From contig JACPBB010000001.1 in assembly GCA_016180525.1 (NCBI GenBank), forward strand, positions 75,320 to 139,319: a stretch of 64,000 bases of DNA. The letters are read 5' to 3'. Of this stretch, positions 20,957 to 31,368 are shown piece after piece. The DNA comes from Parcubacteria group bacterium. GTDB lineage: Bacteria; Patescibacteriota; Minisyncoccia; Phycocordibacterales; UBA2135. The notes under the pieces were generated by a model. It was not told the DNA's origin. It made no database searches and worked only from the letters and a program-made list of their open reading frames with translations. The stretch's first letter is position 1; the number at the start of each line of letters is the position of its first letter. The translations under genes were made by a program, and so were the position numbers.

Positions 20957-23900
20957 TTATTTGTTCTTTTTTAAAATCCTTACTACCCCCTCATTCGCAT
21001 CCACCTCCACGAGGTCGCCGTCTCTAAGAATTTTAGTGGCAACCCTGGTCCCTATGATACACGGGGTATCTAGTTCACGAGCAGAAATCGCCGCGTGAGA
21101 AAGCATTCCTCCAACATCGGTCACAATAGCCCCCGCCTTTTTTAGGCCGTCCATGAAGTCAGGATCTGTGGTTGCAGAAACAAGAATATCTCCTCTTTGC
21201 ATTTTGTCTATAGCGTTCTTTAGGACTTGAGGGTTGCTAAAGTCCCTACTAATAATTCTCACAATCCCTCTAATTTTTCTTCCAAGACCGTGCGCAATGG
21301 TTCCTTTTAAAATTCCTTCTTCTTTTTTTGTGTCGGGTGCAAATGTATCCCAGAGTTTAAGAGCCACCTCACCCGTATAGAGAAAGCGCCTACAATCTTT
21401 ATCAACATAAAATGCGTATGCTTTTTTTCGCTCTTCAATCTCAAATTCTGTTACCTTTTTATTCTCAAAAAGACAAAGCACTTCACTCTCTGTATACCAG
21501 CTGAACATTTCAGTTGAAATCTTAAACTGCTTACTTAATTTTTTAATAAGAGTCATGAGCCATCCATTGGAGTCTATAAAAGGCATATTGAGTCTTTCAC
21601 GAATTTCATTTTTGTAGTTTTCAATAAGTTTTACATTTTTTTTCGCTTGAGAATTTTTGCTAATTGATGCCCACATGCCGTCAGAATAATGAATGTCAAA
21701 ATATCTATATTCTCTGCAAATATCGGCTAGTTTTTTAAACATATATATGGCATCCTCTTTTGAAAAAATTTTCTTTCCCTGATAAACAGAGAGCTCTTGC
21801 TCCATGTCGTCAACTGTCTTTTTAATTGAATTGGTGCTTTTTTGTAGAGCTTTTGCGGTAAACGAGGAACCAATTTTATTAAGTTTTGCAACTGAATCTT
21901 TGTGCGCAAAAACACGAAGGATATAATTCTTCCATAAAACTAAAACCTCCCAGTTGCTATAATAAGACAATATAAGATCTTCAAATAAAAAAATTGACCC
22001 TTGCGATTCAAAAGAAAAAATAAAATCTTTCTTATCAAAGGCTGGGGCTTGCGAATCTTGTCTTTTTAAAACCCTCACCACCCCCTCATTCGCATCCACT
22101 TCCACAAGGTCGCCATCTTTTAAAACTTGCGTGGCGATTTTTGTGCCGATAACGCAGGGTTTTTTAAGTTCGCGTGATACAATGGCGGCGTGGGAAGTAA
22201 TACCACCTTCATCGGTAACAAAAGCAATTGCTTTTTTGAGAGCTGGCATAAATTCAGGAGTTGTCATTGCCGTTACCAAAACTTCTCCGTCGCGAACCGC
22301 CCCTATCTTACTTTTTGATATGATAACTCTCACTTTCCCCTTCGCATATCCTGCATACGCAGTAACGCCTTTTATAATATTAGTATCTTTGTTTTCAGCT
22401 CCTTTAATGCTGAGGCCTTCAAGCACTGCGTATTGAGCAACAGACATAAACTGAATCCCCCTAGCACCATAGACAAACCCTTTCATGCGTTTTTGTATTT
22501 CTTTTTCATTGGGCACTATCCCTTTTATTAAAAAATTATATGCTTCACCAAGAGAAATAAATTTGGCGTACGCTTCCTTTTTAAACATTCTTTTGCTAAT
22601 TTCTTGAGCAAGTTGTCTGGCAACCCTGTCCCCCTCAGGGCCAACTTTTTCAGTTTCAGCACGTGTTTTTGCCGCAACAGAAATCTCTTTTTCCCACCTC
22701 TTGTTTTCTGAATGATTTTCCATTTGAATCGGAAACCAGAAGTTTATTACAAACGTGGGCTCTAATTTTGTATGAGCATCAATAAAGTTTTTGAGCAATT
22801 TTGCTAATTCTTTATCAGAAAGACGAGATAATATACTTTTATCAACGGTATCAACTGTTCCCAGAAAGTTTTTATAGTGTTTAAATAATTCTTTTGAGTA
22901 TTTGCTTATAAAATTTTGATTTTTATCTAGTTCTGCTAGAATAAACGCCCTCATTTTTTCAATGTGCTCAATCGGCGCTCTATAAATATCAAGATGGTCT
23001 ACGTAAATATCAAACAACACTTCTGCGTAAGACCAATTAAATTGCTTGTTAAATTCTTTAGTAAATCCTTCATGCAGCATTTCTACTATAAATAACGGCC
23101 AATCGCGGGTAATGCTTTTTTCAAATATTAATTTACTAACCTTCTCTATTTTTACATTTGAAAGAGTGGTAATCGGCCGACTTTGAACAATATAAAATTT
23201 CCCTTTCTCATACGCCCACTCAATGTCAACCGGGAATTCGTAATGCTTTTCAATCTTAAGAACTAATTCGGAGAGTTGTAAAATTTGTTCATCAGTCAAA
23301 ACTTGCTTCTCGCCTTTTTCTTTTGGCACCGCAACCCACTCATTCCCTATTTCACCATTCGCGCGAATTAGAGATTTGTTTTGTGTAACAATGTTTTTAT
23401 CAACAATTCGTCTCGGCTCTTTTTCTACCACATACGAGTCAGGCGTAATTTGACCCGACACAATTGCCTCGCCAAGCCCGAGCGCCGCTTCAATAATGAG
23501 CTGATTATAGTCTTGCGTTACTGGATGAACTGAAAACGCAATACCCGACACCTCGCTCTCCACCATTTTCTGTACTACAACCGCGACAGAAATTTTCTGC
23601 GTATGAAGTCCTTTTTCAAAGCGGTAGAAAATAGCGCGCGGCGTAAAAAGTGAGGCCCAGCATTTCTGCACATTTTCAAGTAGTTTTTCTTCCGTGGTGT
23701 TTAAAAAACTGTCTAACTGCCCCGCCCATGCGGCAGTCGCGGAGTCCTCTGCTGTGGCAGATGAACGCACTGCAACATATTTTGCGCCAAGTTTTTTAAA
23801 AGATTTCCCAATATCTTTCGCAATATCTTTTGGCATCTTTGCTTCAAGAATAAGTGCCTGAATTTTCTCCGAAGCGTTTTCAACCGTATGCATTTGTTCG

Positions 23901-24100
23901 TGTTTTACCGTGTGAAGAATGGAATCAATCTCAATATTCAAGTCAGTCTCCGTAAGAAATTGTTCAAATGCATCAGCAAGTACGACAAATCCTGGGGGCA
24001 CTGGAATCCCCGCCCGTGTCATCTCTCCTAAAGAAGCCCCCTTGCCTCCGGCGGCAGAAACATCTGATTTTGATATATCTTTGAAAAATTTTAAAAACAT
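20957..24100 (-). CDS. PEP-synthase/rifampin-phosphotransferase-like protein: ATP-grasp domain plus two His swivel domains
   Basis: GGKGASLGE, AVRSSATAED, DIEW, VQSRPITT; GGITSHAAIVSRE and GGMLSHAAISARE; no C-terminal pyruvate-binding barrel. Confidence 0.85.
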   Translation of the reverse strand: MFLKFFKDISKSDVSAAGGKGASLGEMTRAGIPVPPGFVVLADAFEQFLTETDLNIEIDSILHTVKHEQMHTVENASEKIQALILEAKMPKDIAKDIGKSFKKLGAKYVAVRSSATAEDSATAAWAGQLDSFLNTTEEKLLENVQKCWASLFTPRAIFYRFEKGLHTQKISVAVVVQKMVESEVSGIAFSVHPVTQDYNQLIIEAALGLGEAIVSGQITPDSYVVEKEPRRIVDKNIVTQNKSLIRANGEIGNEWVAVPKEKGEKQVLTDEQILQLSELVLKIEKHYEFPVDIEWAYEKGKFYIVQSRPITTLSNVKIEKVSKLIFEKSITRDWPLFIVEMLHEGFTKEFNKQFNWSYAEVLFDIYVDHLDIYRAPIEHIEKMRAFILAELDKNQNFISKYSKELFKHYKNFLGTVDTVDKSILSRLSDKELAKLLKNFIDAHTKLEPTFVINFWFPIQMENHSENKRWEKEISVAAKTRAETEKVGPEGDRVARQLAQEISKRMFKKEAYAKFISLGEAYNFLIKGIVPNEKEIQKRMKGFVYGARGIQFMSVAQYAVLEGLSIKGAENKDTNIIKGVTAYAGYAKGKVRVIISKSKIGAVRDGEVLVTAMTTPEFMPALKKAIAFVTDEGGITSHAAIVSRELKKPCVIGTKIATQVLKDGDLVEVDANEGVVRVLKRQDSQAPAFDKKDFIFSFESQGSIFLFEDLILSYYSNWEVLVLWKNYILRVFAHKDSVAKLNKIGSSFTAKALQKSTNSIKKTVDDMEQELSVYQGKKIFSKEDAIYMFKKLADICREYRYFDIHYSDGMWASISKNSQAKKNVKLIENYKNEIRERLNMPFIDSNGWLMTLIKKLSKQFKISTEMFSWYTESEVLCLFENKKVTEFEIEERKKAYAFYVDKDCRRFLYTGEVALKLWDTFAPDTKKEEGILKGTIAHGLGRKIRGIVRIISRDFSNPQVLKNAIDKMQRGDILVSATTDPDFMDGLKKAGAIVTDVGGMLSHAAISARELDTPCIIGTRVATKILRDGDLVEVDANEGVVRILKKNK

Positions 24101-24103
24101 AAT

Positions 24104-24367
24104 TTATGAAAATCGTGTTTTGCTTTTTAAAAATTCCGCGGAGTAAAAAAGAATAAGCGCGCCGAGCGTGAAAAAAAATGTAAAGCCCCATATATCTATT
24201 CCCGATACGTTGTAGAGCAAGTCATAAAAAATCGCCCATGCGATAATTTCGTAAAAATTTTTCTGAACAAGCACCAAAGCAATTCCAATAATAATCGTAG
24301 CCCACCACGGAAGAAACAGTATTGAAACCAATAGTATGCTATTTAACCCAAGGCGCTTTAAGGACAT
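24104..24367 (-). CDS. Small membrane protein, MreD-like by position
   Basis: Hydrophobic 87 aa protein directly after mreC. Confidence 0.6.
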   Translation of the reverse strand: MSLKRLGLNSILLVSILFLPWWATIIIGIALVLVQKNFYEIIAWAIFYDLLYNVSGIDIWGFTFFFTLGALILFYSAEFLKSKTRFS

Positions 24368-24414
24368 AATTATTTTTGATTAACAATAGTAAATCTGAAA
24401 TTTGAAATCTGAAA

Positions 24415-25224
24415 TTATTCTTGTTCTTCTATTTTTAATATAAGGTCGTCAGTGACCAAAACAAATTGAGTAGTAAAAATATTAATAGGGGCTCGAAAGA
24501 AAACGGACTGGAATGAGCTCGTAGATTTTGACTCTATTTTAAGAACTGTGCCTAAGAGATAATTATGAATTGAAGGATACATAACAGCATCGCCCGCGGC
24601 TATCTCTATGTCCCGAGGAATTTTAATTTCAAATACTCCACCTCCCTGGCCATACGCGGTAGCGGAAATTTTTTTCTTTGAAATTACCGCGTGGGTTTCA
24701 GTATCAGGAGAAGAGAAGAGCCGTATTTTAGCGCTGTGCGCATAGACCGTATCCACAACCCCCAATAAAACATTACCAGAAATTACAAGAGAGCCTGTTA
24801 TAATATCGCGGTCTTTTCCAATATCAATATAAAAAATGTCATAGGGAGAACGATTTGGTTGGGAGAGAACGCGGCCCAAAATTCCTCGCGATACATCCTC
24901 TCTTCCAAGCAATCGTTTTAATTCTTCATTTTCTTGTATTACTGCTTCATATACAAGCGTCTGCGTTTTTGCGATACGAAGCGCGTTTTGCAGTTCAGTG
25001 TTTTCTTCAACAAGATTTTGTTTATCTTTAAAAAAAATACCAGCAGCAGAAAAACGTTCTGCAATAAAAACGCCAATGTTCCAAAAAATCCCCGATACAG
25101 AAACCGCACCCGCTTCAAGTGGCCGTACTACGAGAGATGCATACCACAAAATAAAAATAAGCACTGCGATTAGTGCTGTTCTTTTCACATATAATTTAGT
25201 TTTTTCTCTATTGCCTTGAAGCAT
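24415..25224 (-). CDS. mreC: Rod shape-determining protein MreC
   Basis: TM, coiled coil ENEELKRLL, YIDIG, LLGVV; follows mreB. Confidence 0.9.
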   Translation of the reverse strand: MLQGNREKTKLYVKRTALIAVLIFILWYASLVVRPLEAGAVSVSGIFWNIGVFIAERFSAAGIFFKDKQNLVEENTELQNALRIAKTQTLVYEAVIQENEELKRLLGREDVSRGILGRVLSQPNRSPYDIFYIDIGKDRDIITGSLVISGNVLLGVVDTVYAHSAKIRLFSSPDTETHAVISKKKISATAYGQGGGVFEIKIPRDIEIAAGDAVMYPSIHNYLLGTVLKIESKSTSSFQSVFFRAPINIFTTQFVLVTDDLILKIEEQE

Positions 25225-25237
25225 AGTTTCACGAAAT

Positions 25238-26311
25238 CTATTGTATCGGGGGTAACCCCTCATCACTATCAATCAATACTTCTTGATGACCCTCTAAATT
25301 CTCAATAATAACTCCAGTACCACGCACAACGGCCGTCATCGGATCCGGAGCAATGTGAATAGGAATACGGACAGACTCTTCCAATAATTCAGAAAACCCA
25401 GAAATGGTAGCTCCTCCACCGACAAGAATAATTCCGCGTGCCATCACATCAGAGAGCACCTCGGGCGGCGTTGTTTCCAGCACTTCTTTTACTGCGTCAA
25501 TAAGAGTAAATATTGAACTTGAAATTGCTTCCCGAATATCGGTGTCTGTAATAATAACCTCCCTCGGTAGTCCTGTAACAAGATCCCGCCCCCGCACCGG
25601 AGCTTCAATCCGCTCACGCCCTTCGAGCACGGAACCAATCGCGATTTTAATACTCTCCGCGGTTCGCTCGCCAATCAAAATTTTAAATTCATTCCTGATA
25701 TAAGAAATAATATCCTCGTTAAAACGATCTCCGGCGATTCGGACATTTTTTGAACGGACAACGCCGCTTAAAGAAATGACGGCAATGTCAGTATTCCCGC
25801 CGCCGATATCAATAATCATACTCCCCACGGGCTCTTTTACAGGTAACTCTATACCGATAGCCGCGGCCATCGGCTCTTCTACTATATATACCTCGCGCGC
25901 GCCCGCATTTTTTGCCGCGTCACGAACCGCGCGGGTTTCAACATTTGTGATATTTGAAGGGACACCAACCACAACAGTTGGACGCGCAAGTTTTGGAGAA
26001 ATTTTATGTACTTTTCTTAAAAAGTAAGCGAGCATTTCTTCGGCAACTTCAAAGTTGGAAATAACTCCATCAACAAGCGGACGAACGGCAGAAATATGTG
26101 CCGGGGTTCTCCCAAGCATTTGTTTTGCTTCAGTGCCCACAGCTACGACTTGCCCTGTTTTTTGATTGACCGCAACGACGGAGGGTTCATTGATTATAAT
26201 TCCCATGTTGCGGACATACACGAGCGTATTGGTAGTGCCCAAATCAATACCGACACTATTTGAAAACAGCGTGTATAATTTATCTTTTGTTTGTTTTATT
26301 TTTTTTCGCAT
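25238..26311 (-). CDS. mreB: Rod shape-determining protein MreB
   Basis: GIDLGTTNT, NEPSVVA, EEPMAAAIG, DIGGG, GGGA. Confidence 0.96.
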   Translation of the reverse strand: MRKKIKQTKDKLYTLFSNSVGIDLGTTNTLVYVRNMGIIINEPSVVAVNQKTGQVVAVGTEAKQMLGRTPAHISAVRPLVDGVISNFEVAEEMLAYFLRKVHKISPKLARPTVVVGVPSNITNVETRAVRDAAKNAGAREVYIVEEPMAAAIGIELPVKEPVGSMIIDIGGGNTDIAVISLSGVVRSKNVRIAGDRFNEDIISYIRNEFKILIGERTAESIKIAIGSVLEGRERIEAPVRGRDLVTGLPREVIITDTDIREAISSSIFTLIDAVKEVLETTPPEVLSDVMARGIILVGGGATISGFSELLEESVRIPIHIAPDPMTAVVRGTGVIIENLEGHQEVLIDSDEGLPPIQ

Positions 26312-26318
26312 TATGTTG

Positions 26319-27566
26319 TTAATGGTCAGTTATATACTGCGCAACTTTATTTATTTTTACCTCTTTTACCTCTCCGCTTTTTCTGTCTTTAATCTCAACG
26401 GCTTCTTTCTTCACGAGAGCTTCGCTTATAATAATACTCGTAGGAATGCCCATAAGCTCTGCATCAGAAAATTTAATCCCCGCACCCGCCACTCTGTCAT
26501 CATAGAGGGTCTCTATGCCGTTCTCTATAAGTTCTTTATAGAGTGCTTCCGCCTTATTTGCAACGTCTGTGCTCTTGCCAGCAAGCGAGATAAGGTGCAC
26601 CTGAAACGGAGCAACCGACTTCGGCCACACGAGCCCCCTGTCATCCCCGAGAATCTCGGCAATAGCACCCATGACCCGCGACGGCCCCAGTCCGTAACAT
26701 CCCATAACAGTCGGCTGTGATTTTCCTTTCTCATCTTTGAACGAAAGGCCAAGTGCTTCTGAAAAACGAGTCCCGAGTTTAAAAATGTTTCCCACTTCAA
26801 TCGCCTTGTGTTCCGTAAGTGAGTCTTTGTGAAGCCCGAGGTCAGAGAGCACTGCATCCGTGTATACTTCTGCATTAATGCCAATTTCTTTTTCGCGCGA
26901 AACATACACCGTGTCCTCGCCCGCTTCCGAAAGAGCTTGAAACTCATGACTGTATTTTGAAAATGCTCCCCCGCTTGCAAAAGTTAAAACAGTTTGCTCT
27001 CCAATACCAACGCGTTTAAATATTTTTTTATACGCTTCTTGCACCCGTTTGTAAAACATATCCAAGTCTTTTTCATCTGTGTGAAACGAATACAAATCTT
27101 TCATCCTAAACTCTCTGCCTCGCAATATGCCGCTTTTGGCCCGTTCTTCATTTCTAAACTTTGTTTGAATCTGATACGCAGAAAACGGCAAGTCTTTATA
27201 TGACCCCACGTGCTGCGTAAGCGCGTGCACAATCTGCTCTTCTTGTGTCCAGCCAAGCCCGACTTCAGCCCCCTCTTTGAGCTGCGTCTTAAACCACACA
27301 TCCTGCTCCCACCGGTCTGATTTTTTCCAAAGCTCCGGATTCTGAAGAGCAGTCAAAAGCACCTCCTGCGCTCCGAGCGCATTCATTTCTTCACGAACAA
27401 TATTTTCTATCTTTGAAAGCACACGCAGACCAAGCGGCAAATACGCGTAAACTCCGGCCATTTCCTTATGAATAAACCCCGCGCGAATGAGTAAGCGCGC
27501 GTTTTTTGAAACCTCGCCTTTCGGCGCCTCCTTGCGGGTTTTTGTAAAAATTTCTGAGAATAACAT
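26319..27566 (-). CDS. proS: Prolyl-tRNA synthetase (short form, no editing domain)
   Basis: QTKFRNEERAKSGILRGREF, EVGNIFKLG, MGCYGLG, anticodon-binding domain. Confidence 0.96.
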   Translation of the reverse strand: MLFSEIFTKTRKEAPKGEVSKNARLLIRAGFIHKEMAGVYAYLPLGLRVLSKIENIVREEMNALGAQEVLLTALQNPELWKKSDRWEQDVWFKTQLKEGAEVGLGWTQEEQIVHALTQHVGSYKDLPFSAYQIQTKFRNEERAKSGILRGREFRMKDLYSFHTDEKDLDMFYKRVQEAYKKIFKRVGIGEQTVLTFASGGAFSKYSHEFQALSEAGEDTVYVSREKEIGINAEVYTDAVLSDLGLHKDSLTEHKAIEVGNIFKLGTRFSEALGLSFKDEKGKSQPTVMGCYGLGPSRVMGAIAEILGDDRGLVWPKSVAPFQVHLISLAGKSTDVANKAEALYKELIENGIETLYDDRVAGAGIKFSDAELMGIPTSIIISEALVKKEAVEIKDRKSGEVKEVKINKVAQYITDH

Positions 27567-27665
27567 CTTTCAATAATATCTTAAAGAATGCTCTAATTCA
27601 AACGCATATTACGAATTTGAAAAGACACACTATTGGGTATATACTTTTAGCAGAAACGCAAATGA

Positions 27666-27920
27666 ATGGGTGCAGAGATGACCGAAGGAAAATGCAGAGT
27701 TCTCGGGATGTTCTTGTTTATTCTCGTATGGCTTGCACTTGAACATCTGTGGGACTATTTCTTTATGCCATGGCCATCAGTTGATGTGGCGCTTGCTATC
27801 CTCGTACGAAGTATCTTTGTGCTTACGCTCGTTGCATTATGTGCGGGTGGCATATTTCTCTCATTCGCGCCCGTGCGCTATCTCGGTTTAAGACCGCCCA
27901 CCATTGACGACCCTTGGTAA
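27666..27920 (+). CDS. Small two-TM hypothetical protein
   Basis: Two hydrophobic segments; terminator ccgcttca/tgaagcgg at about 27945-27975. Confidence 0.5.
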   Translation: MGAEMTEGKCRVLGMFLFILVWLALEHLWDYFFMPWPSVDVALAILVRSIFVLTLVALCAGGIFLSFAPVRYLGLRPPTIDDPW

Positions 27921-27995
27921 TTACAAAACTTAGAATTTTGAAAACCGCTTCAGAAGACACTTGAAGCGGCTTTTCTTTTTTATACTCGGTGACAG

Positions 27996-29102
27996 TTAGG
28001 AGCCAATCAGCCGTGCGATATCATTGTATGTGACAAGCACCATAAGAAGAACAAGTATTGCAAACCCGGCCGCGTGAATTGTATTTACAATTTTGTAATT
28101 TACCGGAGAACCTTTTATTGCTTCAATTATAAGAAACAGCAAGCGCCCGCCGTCTAACGCCGGTATCGGAAGCAGATTCAAAACTCCCAAGTTAATTGAA
28201 ATAAACGCGACAAAGCTTAATAAATACGCAAACCCTAAATTTGTCGCGTCTCCCACCAAAGAAACAATGCCGACAGGCCCGGTAAGATTCGCAAGGTCGG
28301 CACTGCCTTTAAAAGCATCCGCAATAAGTCCTAAAAACGCAACAACTATCGCGCCGATAAGCGTTACGGTCATCTTCCCTCCCTCAAAAATTGCTTTAAA
28401 AAAAGGCAGCTGCACCAAGCCAATAGAATTCATTGCTATGCCAATGGCTGGCCTGTCACTGACAATACCTGAAACTGGCATGACAACAACACTCCCTTCT
28501 TTTTTTTCTTTCTCACGCTGGTATGTAAGTATGATTTCTTCTTTCTCGTGCCGTGCGATAAACTCTTGAGTTTCAAGCGCCGTCGGAAGAGAAAGTGTGT
28601 TGTTCTTTGCAGAAAGAGAGATAATAGTGTCTCCCGCCATAAGACCCGCGGCTTCCGCGGGAGAGTTCCGCTCTACTGCGGTAATAAGCAGCCGCTCGTC
28701 TTTTATCGTTGCCCCGCTTATATTTTCATCAACGGACATTGGCAGACCGGAAATAAATCCGACAGAAAATAAAATCCACGCGAGCAAAAAATTAAAGCCG
28801 ACTCCGGCAACAATCACTCCCGTCTGTACCCACTTTGGTTTATTTATAAAACTCCGAGCACTATCAGATCCATGCAATGATTCATCGTCTGGATTTTCTC
28901 CAAAAATTTTAACAAAACCCCCAAACGGAATCGCGTTCACTGTATATTCCGTCTCCCCTTTTTTAATGCCGAAAAGTTTGGGCGGAAACCCAAACCCAAA
29001 CTCATCAACTCGTATGCCGGACTTTTTCGCAACAATAAAATGCCCGAACTCGTGCACCAAAATGAGAACGGCAAGTACAATTAAAAAAATAATTATGTTC
29101 AT
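27996..29102 (-). CDS. rseP: RIP metalloprotease RseP (M50)
   Basis: HEFGH, PDZ domain, NLLPIPALDGG. Confidence 0.95.
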   Translation of the reverse strand: MNIIIFLIVLAVLILVHEFGHFIVAKKSGIRVDEFGFGFPPKLFGIKKGETEYTVNAIPFGGFVKIFGENPDDESLHGSDSARSFINKPKWVQTGVIVAGVGFNFLLAWILFSVGFISGLPMSVDENISGATIKDERLLITAVERNSPAEAAGLMAGDTIISLSAKNNTLSLPTALETQEFIARHEKEEIILTYQREKEKKEGSVVVMPVSGIVSDRPAIGIAMNSIGLVQLPFFKAIFEGGKMTVTLIGAIVVAFLGLIADAFKGSADLANLTGPVGIVSLVGDATNLGFAYLLSFVAFISINLGVLNLLPIPALDGGRLLFLIIEAIKGSPVNYKIVNTIHAAGFAILVLLMVLVTYNDIARLIGS

Positions 29103-29130
29103 GGGTGCTAGGTGTTAAAAAGCTTAGTGT

Positions 29131-29694
29131 CTAGGCAGAAATTTCTTTTTCTTTTTTCGCCACCATTTCGTTAAAGAGTTTATTCGCGTCATCAATCATT
29201 TTTTGCATTTCGTCTTTAAATCGAAATTTATCGTCTTCCGGAATTTCTCCATCCCGTTCTTTTTTCTGAATATCCTCCCACACGACATCACGCGCCTTGC
29301 GAGTGCGCACCCGCGCTTCTTCATGTTTTGTTTTCACAATTTTTAAAAGCGTTTCCCGTGTTTCAGAGGTAAGCTCCGGAAAAATGACCCGCACTCCGTC
29401 GCCAGATGTCGTCGTTGAAATGCCGAGCCCGGCGTTTATAATCGCCGTTTCAATCGGTTTAATCTGATTTTTATCCCACGGCGCGACGAGAATTGTCTTC
29501 GCATCAGAAACAGTCACGCTCGCCACATGATTTATGGGAACCTGTGAGCCGTATGAATCAACTTTTATACTGTCTAAAATAGAAGGTGTCGCCCGCCCCG
29601 TGCGAATATGTGAGAGTTCTTTTCCGAACCATTCTTTTATTTCTTCAAGTTCTTTTTTAAGCGATGAAAAATTGTACGTCATGTATTGAGGCAA
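29131..29694 (-). CDS. frr: Ribosome recycling factor
   Basis: IRTGRATPSILD, PWDK, PELTSE, IPEDD. Confidence 0.96.
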   Translation of the reverse strand: MPQYMTYNFSSLKKELEEIKEWFGKELSHIRTGRATPSILDSIKVDSYGSQVPINHVASVTVSDAKTILVAPWDKNQIKPIETAIINAGLGISTTTSGDGVRVIFPELTSETRETLLKIVKTKHEEARVRTRKARDVVWEDIQKKERDGEIPEDDKFRFKDEMQKMIDDANKLFNEMVAKKEKEISA

Positions 29695-29779
29695 TTAGTT
29701 GTTGGTAGTCAATTGTTAGTTTCGTGTAATATATACAGGATTGTAGCATAAAAGACCAAAAAATAAGGGCTTTTTAAGC

Positions 29780-29899
29780 TTGACAAACATATATTATTGT
29801 GATAAAATTAAAACGGTAAATGCTCAACTGCGTGAGCACATATTTTGTAATCATCTGAACAGCTCGCAGTAACTGTTCGTTTTATAGGGAGGTTTCCCC
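29780..29899 (+). promoter_or_regulatory. sigma70 promoter plus structured leader (two hairpins with complementary loops; SD in a hairpin)
   Basis: TTGACA at 29780 and TAAAAT at 29803; hairpins 29821-29838 and 29857-29878; gggaggtttcccc before the ATG. Confidence 0.65.
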
Positions 29900-30442
29900 A
29901 TGAAGTGCTATACCGTGAAACGCTTCTACCCTCAACCCATGGTTGGTGGAGGAATCGAGATCACCCATGACAACAAATACGGAGACGCGGTGGTAATCGG
30001 CAAGGATTGGAACGATAAGCGAGGGTGGTACTCCGCCACCGCCCTCTGCAAGAAGTTCCCGCCCAAGACGGATGGCGGGGTGCTCTTCACCGCTCATCCG
30101 TTCTTCTGTCACCCCAAGAAGGAGGAGAGCAAACCATTCTGGGTTCTGCGAGACGAAAATGAGAAGCGCAAAGACGACACGCGCGCCCTCGTCGTCGTGG
30201 ACTGCTCGAACATTTCCGCTCACCACCTCAGACCTCACGGAATCTGGTGTACGCTTGAGGGACACATCGTCACCGTCGCCTCCGGTCGTACGATTAACGA
30301 TGACGGAGTCGTGTACGCGGAAGACCTCGTCATCATGTATCCGGGTTCATCCGCGTCCGTCCGATTCGTCGGAAACGAGCAGGAATACCTCCTCCGCTAC
30401 GACGACCCGAGCAAGGGGCCGCAACTCGAAGTGATGCCGTAA
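29900..30442 (+). CDS. Hypothetical protein with atypically high GC
   Basis: 180 aa, GGAGG SD, C/G-ending codons, strong terminator. Confidence 0.75.
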   Translation: MKCYTVKRFYPQPMVGGGIEITHDNKYGDAVVIGKDWNDKRGWYSATALCKKFPPKTDGGVLFTAHPFFCHPKKEESKPFWVLRDENEKRKDDTRALVVVDCSNISAHHLRPHGIWCTLEGHIVTVASGRTINDDGVVYAEDLVIMYPGSSASVRFVGNEQEYLLRYDDPSKGPQLEVMP

Positions 30443-30470
30443 CCGGCATTAACACGCCACTATCGCCTTC

Positions 30471-30504
30471 AGAGGCGACTCGCAAGAGTCGCCTCTTCTT
30501 TTTT
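30471..30504 (+). terminator. Intrinsic terminator
   Basis: agaggcgactc-gcaa-gagtcgcctct followed by a T-run. Confidence 0.8.
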
Positions 30505-30634
30505 CCAAAAATTGGGGAGCATAAGCGACCATAATTTTTGCCTGCCCCGTAGCCAGTGCGAAGCACTGTGGTACTGGGGAGAATCCTCTCTTTTTGAGCT
30601 CATTTTAAATTTAGAAGAGTCTAAAAAGAGGGAG

Positions 30635-31324
30635 TCAAAGCGTAAGCGCCAAATGTTCAAAAATAAGTTTGATTGACGGTGAGTTAATCATGAGATCAGC
30701 TCGGGCACGCGCCATTTTTTTTAATTGAGCAATAGTTTGAATAGTGGCATTTCCAGCATTAAAATGCTCGGCAATATTTTTTTCAAGAGCGTTTAAAAAC
30801 AGAGTCGCCTGTTCTTTATTTTTCTCTTCAACTAAATCAGAAATAATTTTAAGACGCTTTTCGGGAGAAGATGTTAAAAACTGCTTTGCCTTAGTTACAG
30901 TATCAGTGGTATTTTTAGAAACATTGGTTTGTTTTACAATAACCACACGAGAGAGAAGCGTCGGAAATAACCTGGCTGTGGTCGGCGTGATAATAAAAAA
31001 ATGGGTTCCCTCTGTCGGCTCTTCAAATATTTTCAAAAGCGTGTTTTGGGCTTCTTCCGTAATCGTAAAAAACGAAATAATAAAAATTTTCTTTCCGCCA
31101 TCAATGCCTTTCCGCGCCTGCATTTCTTTAAGGGGCCTCGCGTCATCAATGCCAAATGTTTCAAAATCACGATGCCAAAAATCAGGATTTCCCCGCACAG
31201 AAACCTCGTGTTCTGTTTCTAAAAAAGAAAAAAGTTCCGGAATTATTTTTTCCTTACTCCCTTCAAGTATATATGCGTGATGCAAATTTTTAGAATATAG
31301 AGTATTGAGAGTAGAATGTAGCAT
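30635..31324 (-). CDS. holB: DNA polymerase III delta-prime-like subunit (short form)
   Basis: HHAYIL, NPDF, GIDDAR, EAQNTLLKIFEEP, PTLLSR. Confidence 0.85.
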   Translation of the reverse strand: MLHSTLNTLYSKNLHHAYILEGSKEKIIPELFSFLETEHEVSVRGNPDFWHRDFETFGIDDARPLKEMQARKGIDGGKKIFIISFFTITEEAQNTLLKIFEEPTEGTHFFIITPTTARLFPTLLSRVVIVKQTNVSKNTTDTVTKAKQFLTSSPEKRLKIISDLVEEKNKEQATLFLNALEKNIAEHFNAGNATIQTIAQLKKMARARADLMINSPSIKLIFEHLALTL

Positions 31325-31368
31325 ATTCTTTTCGTATATTTCGAATCTTATTTCGTAGTTTCGAGTTA

